Shown in pieces: positions 46,163 to 55,637 of a stretch of DNA of 64,000 nucleotides (the stretch's first letter is position 1; each line of letters starts with the position of its first letter). The notes beneath the pieces were generated by a model. That model ran no database searches, had not been told where the DNA came from, and worked only from the letters and a program-made list of their open reading frames with translations. Source of the DNA: Bacteroidales bacterium (GTDB lineage: Bacteria > Bacteroidota > Bacteroidia > Bacteroidales > VadinHA17); NCBI GenBank assembly GCA_003141895.1, contig PLNT01000018.1, positions 85,647 to 149,646 on the forward strand, in the 5' to 3' direction. Made by a program: the position numbers and the translations under genes.

Positions 46163-47492
46163 TCAAATAAAAAAGAAATCATTTTTTTCTGTCTTAATAA
46201 TGATACTATTTTCTGGTAGCTCTTCATACTGTCAGAAAACTTCCGACATATTAACCACGAATGATTCACTGTCACTCAAAAACGTCATTCAACAAGTTAT
46301 TTCTACATATCCTTCGGTTAAGGTTGCTGAAGAGGCATTAAAAAACGCAGATGCGAGAATAGAGTTGGCAAAAACCGCATATAACCCTGTTTTTGATATT
46401 ACAGCCAGTTTTGCCAACCTCGCTCCTGTGACCAAGCTTAGTTTCCCGGGTCTTGGGACTTTTCAGCTTTATCCCGCAAACAATTATGCAGCTTCACTTA
46501 ACTATGAACAGCTCCTTTATGATTTTGGCAGAACACATCAGAACATTGAACTTGAAAACGAAAATAAAATTATTGGGGAACAGACACTTGAACAGGTAAA
46601 GCAAAAACTGTCTCTTTTAACAGTCGGTAATTTTTATTCCCTTCTGTATCTGCAGGCTGCAATAAAAATAAAAGATGAACAATTAACTACCTTAAACGAA
46701 CATCTTGAATATGTTGAAAAACAAAAGGCTACAGGTTCTGCAACTGAATACCAGATTCTTACAACCAAAGTAAAGATTTCGACAGTGGAAAGTCAGAAAG
46801 TTGATCTTGTTGCAGCTTTAACTGCGCAGCAGGCTGTTTTGAATTCATTACTCGGAAATGGTCAGAACAATACACCAGTTGTACGTAACGAAGTTATAGT
46901 TGAACCTCCTGTAATTCCTTCTGATTCTGTGTTGTCATATGCATTTCACAATAGGGATGAAATTCTGATAAATGAAAAGAGAACATCGCTTGCCGAGCTG
47001 AAATTCGGAATGGCAAAGTTACAAAACAAACCATTTCTGAGTCTTCAGGCATCGGGAGGCGCAAAAAATGGATATATCCCCTATCTTGACAGGCTTACAC
47101 CAAATTACGTTGTCGGGGTCGGACTCAAAGTTCCCCTTTTTGATGGAATGAAAAATAAATATGTTCTTTCCCAGGCACAATCGGCAATATCATCAATTAA
47201 CTATGAATCTGATTTTACAAAACGAAATATCTCAAACGAGGTTTATGAATCGGAAGCTATGATACTTGCAGCCAGTAAAAAAGTTAGCCAGTCAGAACTT
47301 CAGCTTCAGGAGGCAAGAAAGGCCTATTCACTGGCTGAGACCAGTTACAAATCGGGGATTATTACCAATCTCGACTTGCTTGATGCCAATACTTCTGTTT
47401 CAGAAAGCAGTTTAATGTTGCTTAAGGCTAAAATTGATTATGCATCAAGTGTTTATAAACTGAAAGCAGCTTTAGGACAGAGAATCTATTAA
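46155..47492 (+). CDS. TolC-family outer membrane efflux protein
   Basis: 445 aa with a signal peptide and two tandem helical-repeat halves. 8-nt overlap with the MFS gene. Confidence 0.85.
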   Translation: MNNQIKKKSFFSVLIMILFSGSSSYCQKTSDILTTNDSLSLKNVIQQVISTYPSVKVAEEALKNADARIELAKTAYNPVFDITASFANLAPVTKLSFPGLGTFQLYPANNYAASLNYEQLLYDFGRTHQNIELENENKIIGEQTLEQVKQKLSLLTVGNFYSLLYLQAAIKIKDEQLTTLNEHLEYVEKQKATGSATEYQILTTKVKISTVESQKVDLVAALTAQQAVLNSLLGNGQNNTPVVRNEVIVEPPVIPSDSVLSYAFHNRDEILINEKRTSLAELKFGMAKLQNKPFLSLQASGGAKNGYIPYLDRLTPNYVVGVGLKVPLFDGMKNKYVLSQAQSAISSINYESDFTKRNISNEVYESEAMILAASKKVSQSELQLQEARKAYSLAETSYKSGIITNLDLLDANTSVSESSLMLLKAKIDYASSVYKLKAALGQRIY

Positions 47493-47575
47493 TAGATCAT
47501 CCCAAAGTATTTTAAGAACTAATACAGAATGCCCAAGAGGTGCTCTGAGGATGACTATTGGTCTATTAGTTTTTT

Positions 47576-47652
47576 ACCCCCTTCCCAACCTTCCCCCAAG
47601 GGGGAAGGAGCTAAACTATAATTTCCCCCTTGGGGGAAATAAGAAAGGGGGT
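47576..47652 (+). repeat. 77-nt GC-rich double-hairpin element, copy 2
   Basis: Same length and orientation as 31998-32074. By hand alignment the 5' 33 nt and 3' 31 nt are identical, and only the central spacer of about 13 nt differs. Confidence 0.85.
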
Positions 47653-47722
47653 TAAAATGCCGAAAAAGAGTGGAATTGCAGGTATTTTTTGCGTAAATCA
47701 TTTGATTTTACAACTGAACTAT

Positions 47723-48229
47723 TTAATTGCCGTTTGATCTGTTAAAAGTCGGACTTGCCCACTTAAAATCACCTGTTCCATTTGGAACCCTTGAATAAGT
47801 TAATTCGAGTGTTTGTGCCGGAAATGACACTTTATCAATTATAGTTTTCTGAGGGTTTGAAAGTATCGCTTCTTCTCCGGATGCTGATAATTTAAAGGTT
47901 GCATGCAATCCGGTTTCCAGGGTATCGTTATCGGCCCAAATTATAAGGTAGCCATTTGACGCAATACTTGTTTTTTCAGGGAACTTCCATTTTGTTATAT
48001 CTTTTTTAGTATCACTCAGATAATACCCTGAGAGATCAATTGTAGCAGATGTAAGATTGAACAATTCTATCCAGTCGTCATATTCACCATTCTGATCTGC
48101 AGCTGTAGATGTGTTTTTAGGCATCACCTCATTAATAACCACAGTTGGATCGGGCGTTTCATATGTTTTTTTACATGAGATTGAAACGATGAAAACCAGT
48201 AACAGTATGGGGAATATTTTATTAATCAT
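47723..48229 (-). CDS. secreted lamin-tail-domain (LTD) protein
   Basis: VVINEVMPKNTS...DWIELFNLTSATIDLSGYYLSD, typical of bacterial LTD. 168 aa with a signal peptide. Confidence 0.65.
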   Translation of the reverse strand: MINKIFPILLLVFIVSISCKKTYETPDPTVVINEVMPKNTSTAADQNGEYDDWIELFNLTSATIDLSGYYLSDTKKDITKWKFPEKTSIASNGYLIIWADNDTLETGLHATFKLSASGEEAILSNPQKTIIDKVSFPAQTLELTYSRVPNGTGDFKWASPTFNRSNGN

Positions 48230-48247
48230 GATTAGTTTTTTTAAATA

Positions 48248-49600
48248 TCACAGACCGCATCTGGTGAGTCCAAGATTCAAAGATGATTTCGAACCGGAGA
48301 CAACCAATGCAGCACCAAGTGCAGATCCGTTAGCAATTTCTGATGTGTACACGAATTTTGAAGGGTAAGCTCTGGAAATCAAATTCAGGAATAGATCATT
48401 TTTGGAAAATCCTCCCGTGATATAAATGTTTTCAATGTCGTCGTTTACAGGAATAACAAGATTAATGGATTCAATAATCAGGTCACCTAATTCATTCATT
48501 AACTGATGATAGGCTTCTTCATATGTATTAAATTCATACATATCTATGTATTCCTTCAGATCACGGGCGTATGGACCGGTTTGGAAGAAAACCTTTTTGC
48601 CCTCAAATTTTGTTTTGAGAAAAGATGACAACTGTTCATCAGCTTTGATTTTTTTATAGTAATCCTCAGGCTTTCTGAAATGCTCATTAATAAACTTTAA
48701 AGCTGTTTCATGTAAATAACCCAGAAATAACCTTGAAGATTTTACCGGCTGCCTGGTTATACTCATGTAACAAAGACAATCTTTATCCAGCTGCTCTGCA
48801 GTCAGTTTTTCAGTGTTAAAGGGATTCATATTAATACACCAGGTTCCTGTAGATATGAGAAGAAATTTCCCGTTACTACCTTTAAAATAAGGTGCAAGAG
48901 ACGATGAGCTATCATGTATTCCAATACCTACTTTGAGTTTTTTCCCTTCAACAATGATTTCATTAACAGTTTCAACCGGAACCGGATCAGGAAGATTCAA
49001 TCCGTGAATCTTAACCCAGGGATGGTAATTCATATTATCAAAATCCCATAATGCAGTATGACAACCGATTGATGTATGTTCCGAGTAAATTTTCCGCGTG
49101 ATTATGTAGGATATGTACTGGGGAAAATGAAGAATATGTTCAATTTTCGAGAATACATCGGGCTTTACTGCTTTAAGCCAAAGTGGCTGCATTCCGGAAT
49201 TCAGCATACCAAGGGCCGGTGATGCGGTCCTCCGGCAAAACTCATCCCTGCCTCCATGACGTTTATAAAGGCTTTCAGGAATTTTTTCATCAACGGGCTT
49301 AAGATAATTGTAAACAGGTGTAAGTCTTTCTCCCTTCTCATCAAGATATACTAATGTTGCTCCATAAGTTGTGAAATTTACAGCTTTTAGGTCATATTTT
49401 TCCGAATGTATTAATCCTACAAGAGATTCTCTGATCCAGCGTTCGATATGCTCAATATCATCACATCCAAAACCATCATCATCAATCGTTTCAGCAAATT
49501 TCTCCTCAATCTCAGATACTATTTTAAATTCATCATTGAAAAGAATTATCTTTTTATTGGTTTTGCCAATGTCATAAATTGCAATTACAGTCTCTTTCAT
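48248..49600 (-). CDS. FGGY/ASKHA-type carbohydrate kinase, probable rhamnulokinase by context
   Basis: N-terminal IAIYDIGKTNKK phosphate-1 motif and C-terminal ITGGFSKN. Lies downstream of rhaA on the same strand. Confidence 0.65.
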   Translation of the reverse strand: MKETVIAIYDIGKTNKKIILFNDEFKIVSEIEEKFAETIDDDGFGCDDIEHIERWIRESLVGLIHSEKYDLKAVNFTTYGATLVYLDEKGERLTPVYNYLKPVDEKIPESLYKRHGGRDEFCRRTASPALGMLNSGMQPLWLKAVKPDVFSKIEHILHFPQYISYIITRKIYSEHTSIGCHTALWDFDNMNYHPWVKIHGLNLPDPVPVETVNEIIVEGKKLKVGIGIHDSSSSLAPYFKGSNGKFLLISTGTWCINMNPFNTEKLTAEQLDKDCLCYMSITRQPVKSSRLFLGYLHETALKFINEHFRKPEDYYKKIKADEQLSSFLKTKFEGKKVFFQTGPYARDLKEYIDMYEFNTYEEAYHQLMNELGDLIIESINLVIPVNDDIENIYITGGFSKNDLFLNLISRAYPSKFVYTSEIANGSALGAALVVSGSKSSLNLGLTRCGL

Positions 49601-49750
49601 TTTTACTCCTCAAGTCCTCAAATACAGACTTATATATTATCTTTAATGTTTTCCTTTGTTCTACTTTGTGATTCCCTTTGTGACCTTAGATTTAAAATAA
49701 CATTTAACCACAAAGGTACACTAAGGTATCACGAAGTTTCACTAAGGATA

Positions 49751-51016
49751 TTATCTCTTTAATAACACGTCTGTTTCGTATTTTAATATCTCCTTTATAT
49801 AATCCTGACCAGCAGGAACCTTGCTTTTCATACAATAATAATCGTAAATGGCTCCGAATGGCATGGTTTTTAATAACTCCAGCAATGCAAGTCTTTCAAA
49901 GTTCTTCCCTTTTTCTTCATATTCAACCAGTTTTTTGAATGGTTCGAGAAGAGCATACATAAATGCCATCTGAGCTGATCGCACTCCAATGACGTAAGCA
50001 CCTAAACGGTTAAGACTGGCATCAAAAAAATCAAGACCAATATTAACCCTCTTCAAAGCTTTTGTACGGACAATTTCCTGGGATATAAGAAGGAGTTCAT
50101 CATTGTATGTCAGAACATGGTCACTATCCCATCTGACACCTCTTGTTAAGTGTAAAAGGATTTCATCAACAAAATGAAGAATTGAAGAAATTTTATCTCC
50201 CACTTGTTCAGTTGGATGGAAATGACCATTATCAAGAGTAATCATTATATTGTTTTTTATGGCATATCCAAGATAGAAATCATGTGACCCAACAACCATC
50301 GCTTCTGAACCTATGCCAAACAGCTTACTTTCAACTGAATCCTTCAGATTTTCCTTTGGATATTTGACTGCGAAGATCTCGTCTAAAGATTTCTTCAGCT
50401 GCTTTCGCAAGGTATTTCTATCGACAGGTATATCCTTCATTCCATCGGGTATCCAAATGTTATGAACTGACGCTGTACCAAGTTGTTTTCCCATTTCTGC
50501 TGCAATTGCCCGGCATCGTTTTGTATGTTCCACCCAGAATTTTCTGATTTTCTCATCCTTGCTTGAAAGAGTAAATCCTTCATCCGCCAGAGGGTGCGAG
50601 AAACATGTACAATTGAAATCAAGACCAATACCTCGTTGCTTTGCCCAATCAATCCAGCCCTGGAAATGTTTAGGTTCTATCTGATCGCGATCCACAAGCT
50701 TTCCACCGAACTCCCCATAAATAGCATGCAGGTTTAATCTTTGTTTCCCCGGTAGAAGTGACATTACCTTATCAAGATCGGCCCGCATCTGTTCAATTGT
50801 TTTTGCTTTACCCGGAAAATTACCGGTAGCCTGGATTCCACCTCCACCTAATACTGACCCGGGTTTTTCAAAACCACCAACATCATCTGTCTGCCAGCAA
50901 TGAAGGCTGATACTAATATTGTCAAGTTCGGAGAGAACTTTGTCTGTGTCAATACCTAATTCAGCATATTGTTCCTTGGCAATCTTATAAGATTTTTCAA
51001 TAATTTCCTTTTTCAT
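49751..51016 (-). CDS. rhaA: L-rhamnose isomerase
   Basis: 421 aa. SLHCWQTDDVGGFE closely matches the RhaA signature (E. coli ...MHCWQGDDVSGFE). Confidence 0.9.
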   Translation of the reverse strand: MKKEIIEKSYKIAKEQYAELGIDTDKVLSELDNISISLHCWQTDDVGGFEKPGSVLGGGGIQATGNFPGKAKTIEQMRADLDKVMSLLPGKQRLNLHAIYGEFGGKLVDRDQIEPKHFQGWIDWAKQRGIGLDFNCTCFSHPLADEGFTLSSKDEKIRKFWVEHTKRCRAIAAEMGKQLGTASVHNIWIPDGMKDIPVDRNTLRKQLKKSLDEIFAVKYPKENLKDSVESKLFGIGSEAMVVGSHDFYLGYAIKNNIMITLDNGHFHPTEQVGDKISSILHFVDEILLHLTRGVRWDSDHVLTYNDELLLISQEIVRTKALKRVNIGLDFFDASLNRLGAYVIGVRSAQMAFMYALLEPFKKLVEYEEKGKNFERLALLELLKTMPFGAIYDYYCMKSKVPAGQDYIKEILKYETDVLLKR

Positions 51017-51081
51017 TTTCGAGGTTATTAAAACAACTTATTCTTTATATTCAGTTAAGAACTTTTTACCTTCGTTTTTTG

Positions 51082-51106
51082 CCCCCCTGTCCCCCTAAAG
51101 GGGGGG
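51082..51106. repeat. family-1 hairpin element
   Basis: CCCCCCTGTCCCCCTAAAGGGGGGG, between rhaA and rhaM. Confidence 0.7.
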
Positions 51107-51150
51107 TAAAATCTCTGGTTTTCAAAAGATTCAATGAGAACTCCGAATTT

Positions 51151-51190
51151 GTCCCCCTTTTAGGGGGACGGCCGCGTAGCGGCTGGGGGT
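51151..51190 (-). repeat. family-2 GC-rich hairpin element
   Basis: Reverse complement is ACCCCCAGCCGCTACGCGGCCGTCCCCCTAAAAGGGGGAC. It abuts the rhaM stop codon. Confidence 0.7.
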
Positions 51191-51510
51191 TACTCCATAT
51201 AGAATAACTGCTCCAAAGGAATTGTTACCGGTGAACTATCTTCATTAGTCTCCATGATATCAGCCATATGTTTCCACCATTTCTTCACAGTTTCAGTATT
51301 CCCAAGATCCTGAGAAGAGTTTTCATCCGATTGTTCCTGATATGCAAATAGAGTATTGGTTTCTTCATCAAGGAATATTGAATAATTTCCGATACCCTCA
51401 TTCTTTAACAATTGTACAAGTTCCGGCCATATTTCGCTGTGCCTTTTTTTATACTCTTCCCTGAATCCGGGAAGCATTTTCATTTTAAAACCAAATCTTT
51501 TTGTCTCCAT
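51190..51510 (-). CDS. rhaM: L-rhamnose mutarotase
   Basis: 106 aa. EEYKKRHSEIWPEL...WWKHMADIMETNEDSSP is collinear with RhaM. Confidence 0.85.
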   Translation of the reverse strand: METKRFGFKMKMLPGFREEYKKRHSEIWPELVQLLKNEGIGNYSIFLDEETNTLFAYQEQSDENSSQDLGNTETVKKWWKHMADIMETNEDSSPVTIPLEQLFYME

Positions 51511-51514
51511 ATAT

Positions 51515-52543
51515 CTAACCTAATTTAACAACAAACGTTGATAGTATAAGAATAATAATTCCAATGGATAATACGATGATGGTTTTCTTTTTAGCGCCTT
51601 TCCATTCGTTAAGGAATATACCCCAGATATTACTTATAGCTATATTCAGTGCCATAAGTATACTCCACCCGAAAACAGCCATTCCCTGTGGAAGTCTGCT
51701 TGATCCCATTCCGAAAAAATGGAACTGAAGAAACCATAGAACCCCAGCCAGAAAAGTAAAGAACAGGTTATTAAGCAAAATGCTTCCCGATACAGAAAAA
51801 TAATCTTTATACGTTTTATTTTTAATATTCAGGTATCCGCAATAAATAAGGTTGGTAAAAAATCCTCCAAGGAGAATGAATATAAGTGATGGGTTTTTCT
51901 GAAAAAGAGGATTTGTTCCATGAGAAAGGGCCACTGCTTCAATTGGCTTGCCTGATTCGAATCCGAAATTAAAACATGCACTCATTATTCCGGCGAAAAT
52001 GGCAATGAGTATCCCCTTTTTAAGTGCAAATTCTTTAACAGCAGCTCTTTTTTCCTCCTCAGTCATTTCCTTACTCTTGAGTGACCCTGCATAGCCGATT
52101 ACCGCTATTCCGACCAATGTAATTGAGACTCCAGCTATTGTTAGTACTCCTCCCGTTGATGAGAATAGATTATCCCCTGCGATTACCGGCGGTATCAGAG
52201 TGCCAAAAGCTGCGCATAGTCCCAGTGCAATACTTTGTCCGAGTGCAACACCCAGATATCTGATGCTCAATCCAAATGTTAGTCCGCCAAATCCCCATAA
52301 AGCGCCAAAAAACATTGCCCAAAGTTTGGCAGATAAAGGTGCCTCATGAATTATCGGAAGAAGTTGCCCTTTTGGGACAAAAATAAATGCAAATAAAACC
52401 GGTGCAATCAGCCACGCTGCGACACCCTGGCTAATCCAGTATGATTCCCATGCCCACAATTTCACCTTTTTAAATGGCACATAGAAGCTTGCGGCCCCAA
52501 TACTACCCAGCGCGATCAGTAAGATACCTGATAATGGATTCAT
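51515..52543 (-). CDS. rhaT: L-rhamnose/H+ symporter
   Basis: 342 aa, 10-TM DMT-like topology with a central charged loop (KSKEMTEEEKRAAVKE), as in RhaT. Stop lies 4 nt upstream of the rhaM start. Confidence 0.8.
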   Translation of the reverse strand: MNPLSGILLIALGSIGAASFYVPFKKVKLWAWESYWISQGVAAWLIAPVLFAFIFVPKGQLLPIIHEAPLSAKLWAMFFGALWGFGGLTFGLSIRYLGVALGQSIALGLCAAFGTLIPPVIAGDNLFSSTGGVLTIAGVSITLVGIAVIGYAGSLKSKEMTEEEKRAAVKEFALKKGILIAIFAGIMSACFNFGFESGKPIEAVALSHGTNPLFQKNPSLIFILLGGFFTNLIYCGYLNIKNKTYKDYFSVSGSILLNNLFFTFLAGVLWFLQFHFFGMGSSRLPQGMAVFGWSILMALNIAISNIWGIFLNEWKGAKKKTIIVLSIGIIILILSTFVVKLG

Positions 52544-52671
52544 TTAATATTCATTAATAAGAGTGAGCTGCAATTTATAAACTTTAACCTCATGAAAAAG
52601 CCTTTTGAGATATTTTTTTATTCAGACATTTTTTTATATCCTTGATACTAAATATCAAATAATTCTAAAAA

Positions 52672-55398
52672 ATGAAATCACTTAAACTTACACTCATTTT
52701 TCTGTCGTTTTTCTGCGTTTCGTTTGCCCAGGATCTTTCGTTAAAAGACCTGACCGTAGATCATAAAACAAATCCCATCGGTATTGACGATAAACAACCG
52801 AGATTTTCATGGAAAATAAAGGACACTGGCAATAATTTGATGCAAACTGCTTATCTATTGAAGGTGGCTTCTGATGAGAAATTTTCTTCCATTGTCTGGC
52901 AATCGTCGAAAATTGAAACCAATGAATCAATTCTTCAAACATATAAAGGACCGGAGCTTAAGTCGGGCCAGAGATATTTCTGGCAGGTGAAAATTTGGGA
53001 TAACAAGGGCAATGAATCGAAATGGAGCCAGCCATCATATTGGGAAATGGGTCTGCTTTCCCCTTCAGAGTGGAAAGCTAAATGGATTGAAATGGGAACT
53101 GATACGTTAAGATATTCACCTTCTACCCTGGTCAGAAAAGAGTTCCAACTGACACGATCAATTTCATCTGCAAGGATATATGTTACCTCTCATGGTTTTT
53201 ATGAGATTGAGATTAACGGAAAAAAGGTTGGTGACCAGGTACTTACTCCGGGATGGACGTCTTACGGGAAAAGGCTTCAGTATCAGGTATATGATGTTAC
53301 AAAAATGTTGTCAAAAGGGAATAATGCAATAGGAGCTATGCTTGGTGACGGGTGGTACAGGGGTACCCTTGCCTGGGGTAACAACTGGGCGGTTTATGGA
53401 AAAAGACTTGGTATCCTTCTTCAGTTGAAAATTACATACACTGATGGTTCGGTGTCAACTGTAGTCAGCGACGAAACCTGGAAAGCTTCAAAGGACGGAC
53501 CAATAAGGATGGATGACATTTACAATGGTGAAACCTACGATGCAACGATCAACATCGCAGGATGGAGTAATCCCGGATTCAATGACGCAAAGTGGCAGAA
53601 TGTAAGCATTGGCAATTACAATCTTAATAATCTTATAGCATCAGAGGGATCATTTGTCAGAAAAATGCAGGAGATAAAACCTGTAAAGATATTCAGGTCA
53701 CCTAAAGGTAAACTGATCGTAGATATGGGACAGAATATGGTCGGATGGTTAAGAGTGAAAGTCTCAGGTAAAAAAGGAACCGTTGTAACATTAAGACATG
53801 CAGAGGTGCTTGATAAAAAGGGAGAGTTTTATACTGAGAACCTTCGCGCTGCAAAATGCCAGTTAACATACACACTATCAGGTGAAGGTCAGGAAACTTA
53901 CGAGCCAAGGTTTACTTTTATGGGATTCAGATTTGTTGAAGTTGAAGGTTTTCCCGGCGACCTTACTACCGATAATCTGACTGGAGTGGTTGTTCATTCA
54001 GATATGCCTGTAACCGGAACATATGAATGTTCGAATCCACTTATCAACCAGCTGCAACATAATATTCAATGGGGTCAGAAGGGAAATTTCGTGGATGTTC
54101 CTACTGATTGTCCCCAAAGAGATGAACGTCTTGGCTGGACCGGAGATGCACAGGCTTTCTGCCGGACAGCTGCATATAATATGGATGTTTCATCCTTTTT
54201 CACGAAATGGTTAAAAGATGTAGCCGCTGATCAAAAGCAAGGAGGAGAAGTGCCGGATGTCATTCCTGATATACTTAATAAACAAGGCTCACTGACAGCC
54301 CAGCCTTCAGCCGGCTGGGGCGATGTTTCAGTAATTGCTCCATGGACTATGTATCTTGTATATGGCGATAAAAAAATTTTGGAAAATCAATATCAGAGCA
54401 TGAAAGCGTGGGTTGAATATATACGCAAGAAAGCAGGAGATAGTTATATATGGAAAGACGGAAGCAAATATGGCGACTGGTTGTTTTATCACCCTCCAGT
54501 AAACAATCATACAGAACCAGACGGATATACCGAACATGATTTTATTGCGACAGCATTTTTTGCTTATTCATCAAGTTTACTGGCTGAAGCAGCAAAGGCA
54601 CTAGGAAAAACTGATGATGAAAAAAACTATTCAGACCTGTTCAATAAAATTAAAACTGTTTTTATCAATGAATATGTTACAAATGTAGGAAGAGTGGGAA
54701 CTAATTCACAAACATCTTATGTTCTCGCTCTTAAGTTCAATTTGTTACCTGATAATCTCCGGAGTAAAGCAGCTAAGTTTCTAAATAATGATATTAAGAA
54801 CAGGGACAATCATCTCTCTACCGGGTTCCTTGGAACACCATATTTATGTCATGTATTATCTTCAAACGGATATACTGAAACGGCCTACGATCTTCTTCTT
54901 CAGGAATCTTATCCTTCATGGATATACCCTGTTAAAATGGGTGCCACAACAATATGGGAACGCTGGGATGGAGAAAAAACCGACAGCACTTTCGAGGATG
55001 CCGGCATGAACTCGTTCAACCATTATGCTTATGGAGCTATCGGCGATTGGATGTACAGGGTGTCTGCAGGAATTGAAACTATGGGAGCCGGTTATAAACA
55101 TATAATCATTCAACCGCATCCCACGAGTAGACTTACATATTCAAAAGCCACTTTTGAAAGTTCATATGGAACAATTGCATCAGGTTGGGAAAGAAAAGAC
55201 GGAAAAGTCATTGTGAAAGTAAAAATACCATCTAATACTACTGCTACAATTATTTTATCTGCTTCTGGTCAAGATAAAGTAACAGAAACCGGAAAAGCAT
55301 TAAACCAGAATACTTACTTAAGAGATATTAAGTTTTCAGATAATCAGTTAACGATGCAGGCTGGTTCAGGTGACTATAGTTTTGAGATAGCAGACTGA
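52672..55398 (+). CDS. alpha-L-rhamnosidase, glycoside hydrolase family 78
   Basis: 908 aa with a signal peptide. DCPQRDERLGWTGDAQ catalytic-domain signature and the (alpha/alpha)6 region. Confidence 0.85.
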   Translation: MKSLKLTLIFLSFFCVSFAQDLSLKDLTVDHKTNPIGIDDKQPRFSWKIKDTGNNLMQTAYLLKVASDEKFSSIVWQSSKIETNESILQTYKGPELKSGQRYFWQVKIWDNKGNESKWSQPSYWEMGLLSPSEWKAKWIEMGTDTLRYSPSTLVRKEFQLTRSISSARIYVTSHGFYEIEINGKKVGDQVLTPGWTSYGKRLQYQVYDVTKMLSKGNNAIGAMLGDGWYRGTLAWGNNWAVYGKRLGILLQLKITYTDGSVSTVVSDETWKASKDGPIRMDDIYNGETYDATINIAGWSNPGFNDAKWQNVSIGNYNLNNLIASEGSFVRKMQEIKPVKIFRSPKGKLIVDMGQNMVGWLRVKVSGKKGTVVTLRHAEVLDKKGEFYTENLRAAKCQLTYTLSGEGQETYEPRFTFMGFRFVEVEGFPGDLTTDNLTGVVVHSDMPVTGTYECSNPLINQLQHNIQWGQKGNFVDVPTDCPQRDERLGWTGDAQAFCRTAAYNMDVSSFFTKWLKDVAADQKQGGEVPDVIPDILNKQGSLTAQPSAGWGDVSVIAPWTMYLVYGDKKILENQYQSMKAWVEYIRKKAGDSYIWKDGSKYGDWLFYHPPVNNHTEPDGYTEHDFIATAFFAYSSSLLAEAAKALGKTDDEKNYSDLFNKIKTVFINEYVTNVGRVGTNSQTSYVLALKFNLLPDNLRSKAAKFLNNDIKNRDNHLSTGFLGTPYLCHVLSSNGYTETAYDLLLQESYPSWIYPVKMGATTIWERWDGEKTDSTFEDAGMNSFNHYAYGAIGDWMYRVSAGIETMGAGYKHIIIQPHPTSRLTYSKATFESSYGTIASGWERKDGKVIVKVKIPSNTTATIILSASGQDKVTETGKALNQNTYLRDIKFSDNQLTMQAGSGDYSFEIAD

Positions 55399-55424
55399 AT
55401 TAGAACATCTTATCTTAAATATTA

Positions 55425-55574
55425 ACCCCCTTTCTTATTTCCCCCAAGGGAGGGCTTCGCTAAAATTGCCTTGCAGGCAATTTTAGCGAAGGCGCCAGAC
55501 TGCCGCGTTAGCCACCTTTCATGCTGGTCCCTCCCTTGGGAGAAGTCCCGATAGCTATCGGGAGGGAAGGGGGT
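55425..55574 (-). repeat. inverted copy of the 77-nt element, interrupted by about 110 nt of extra nested hairpins
   Basis: 55425-55450 (ACCCCCTTTCTTATTTCCCCCAAGGG) equals the reverse complement of the element's 3' arm. 55564-55574 matches the reverse complement of its 5' end. The interior holds a perfect 17-bp stem (55455-55471 / 55475-55491) and the 18-nt palindrome TCCCGATAGCTATCGGGA (55546-55563). Confidence 0.75.
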
Positions 55575-55637
55575 AAATACATCAAGAGATATCGAATATT
55601 CCAGTAATTCCTTTGTGTTCTTTGTGGTTAATGAATC

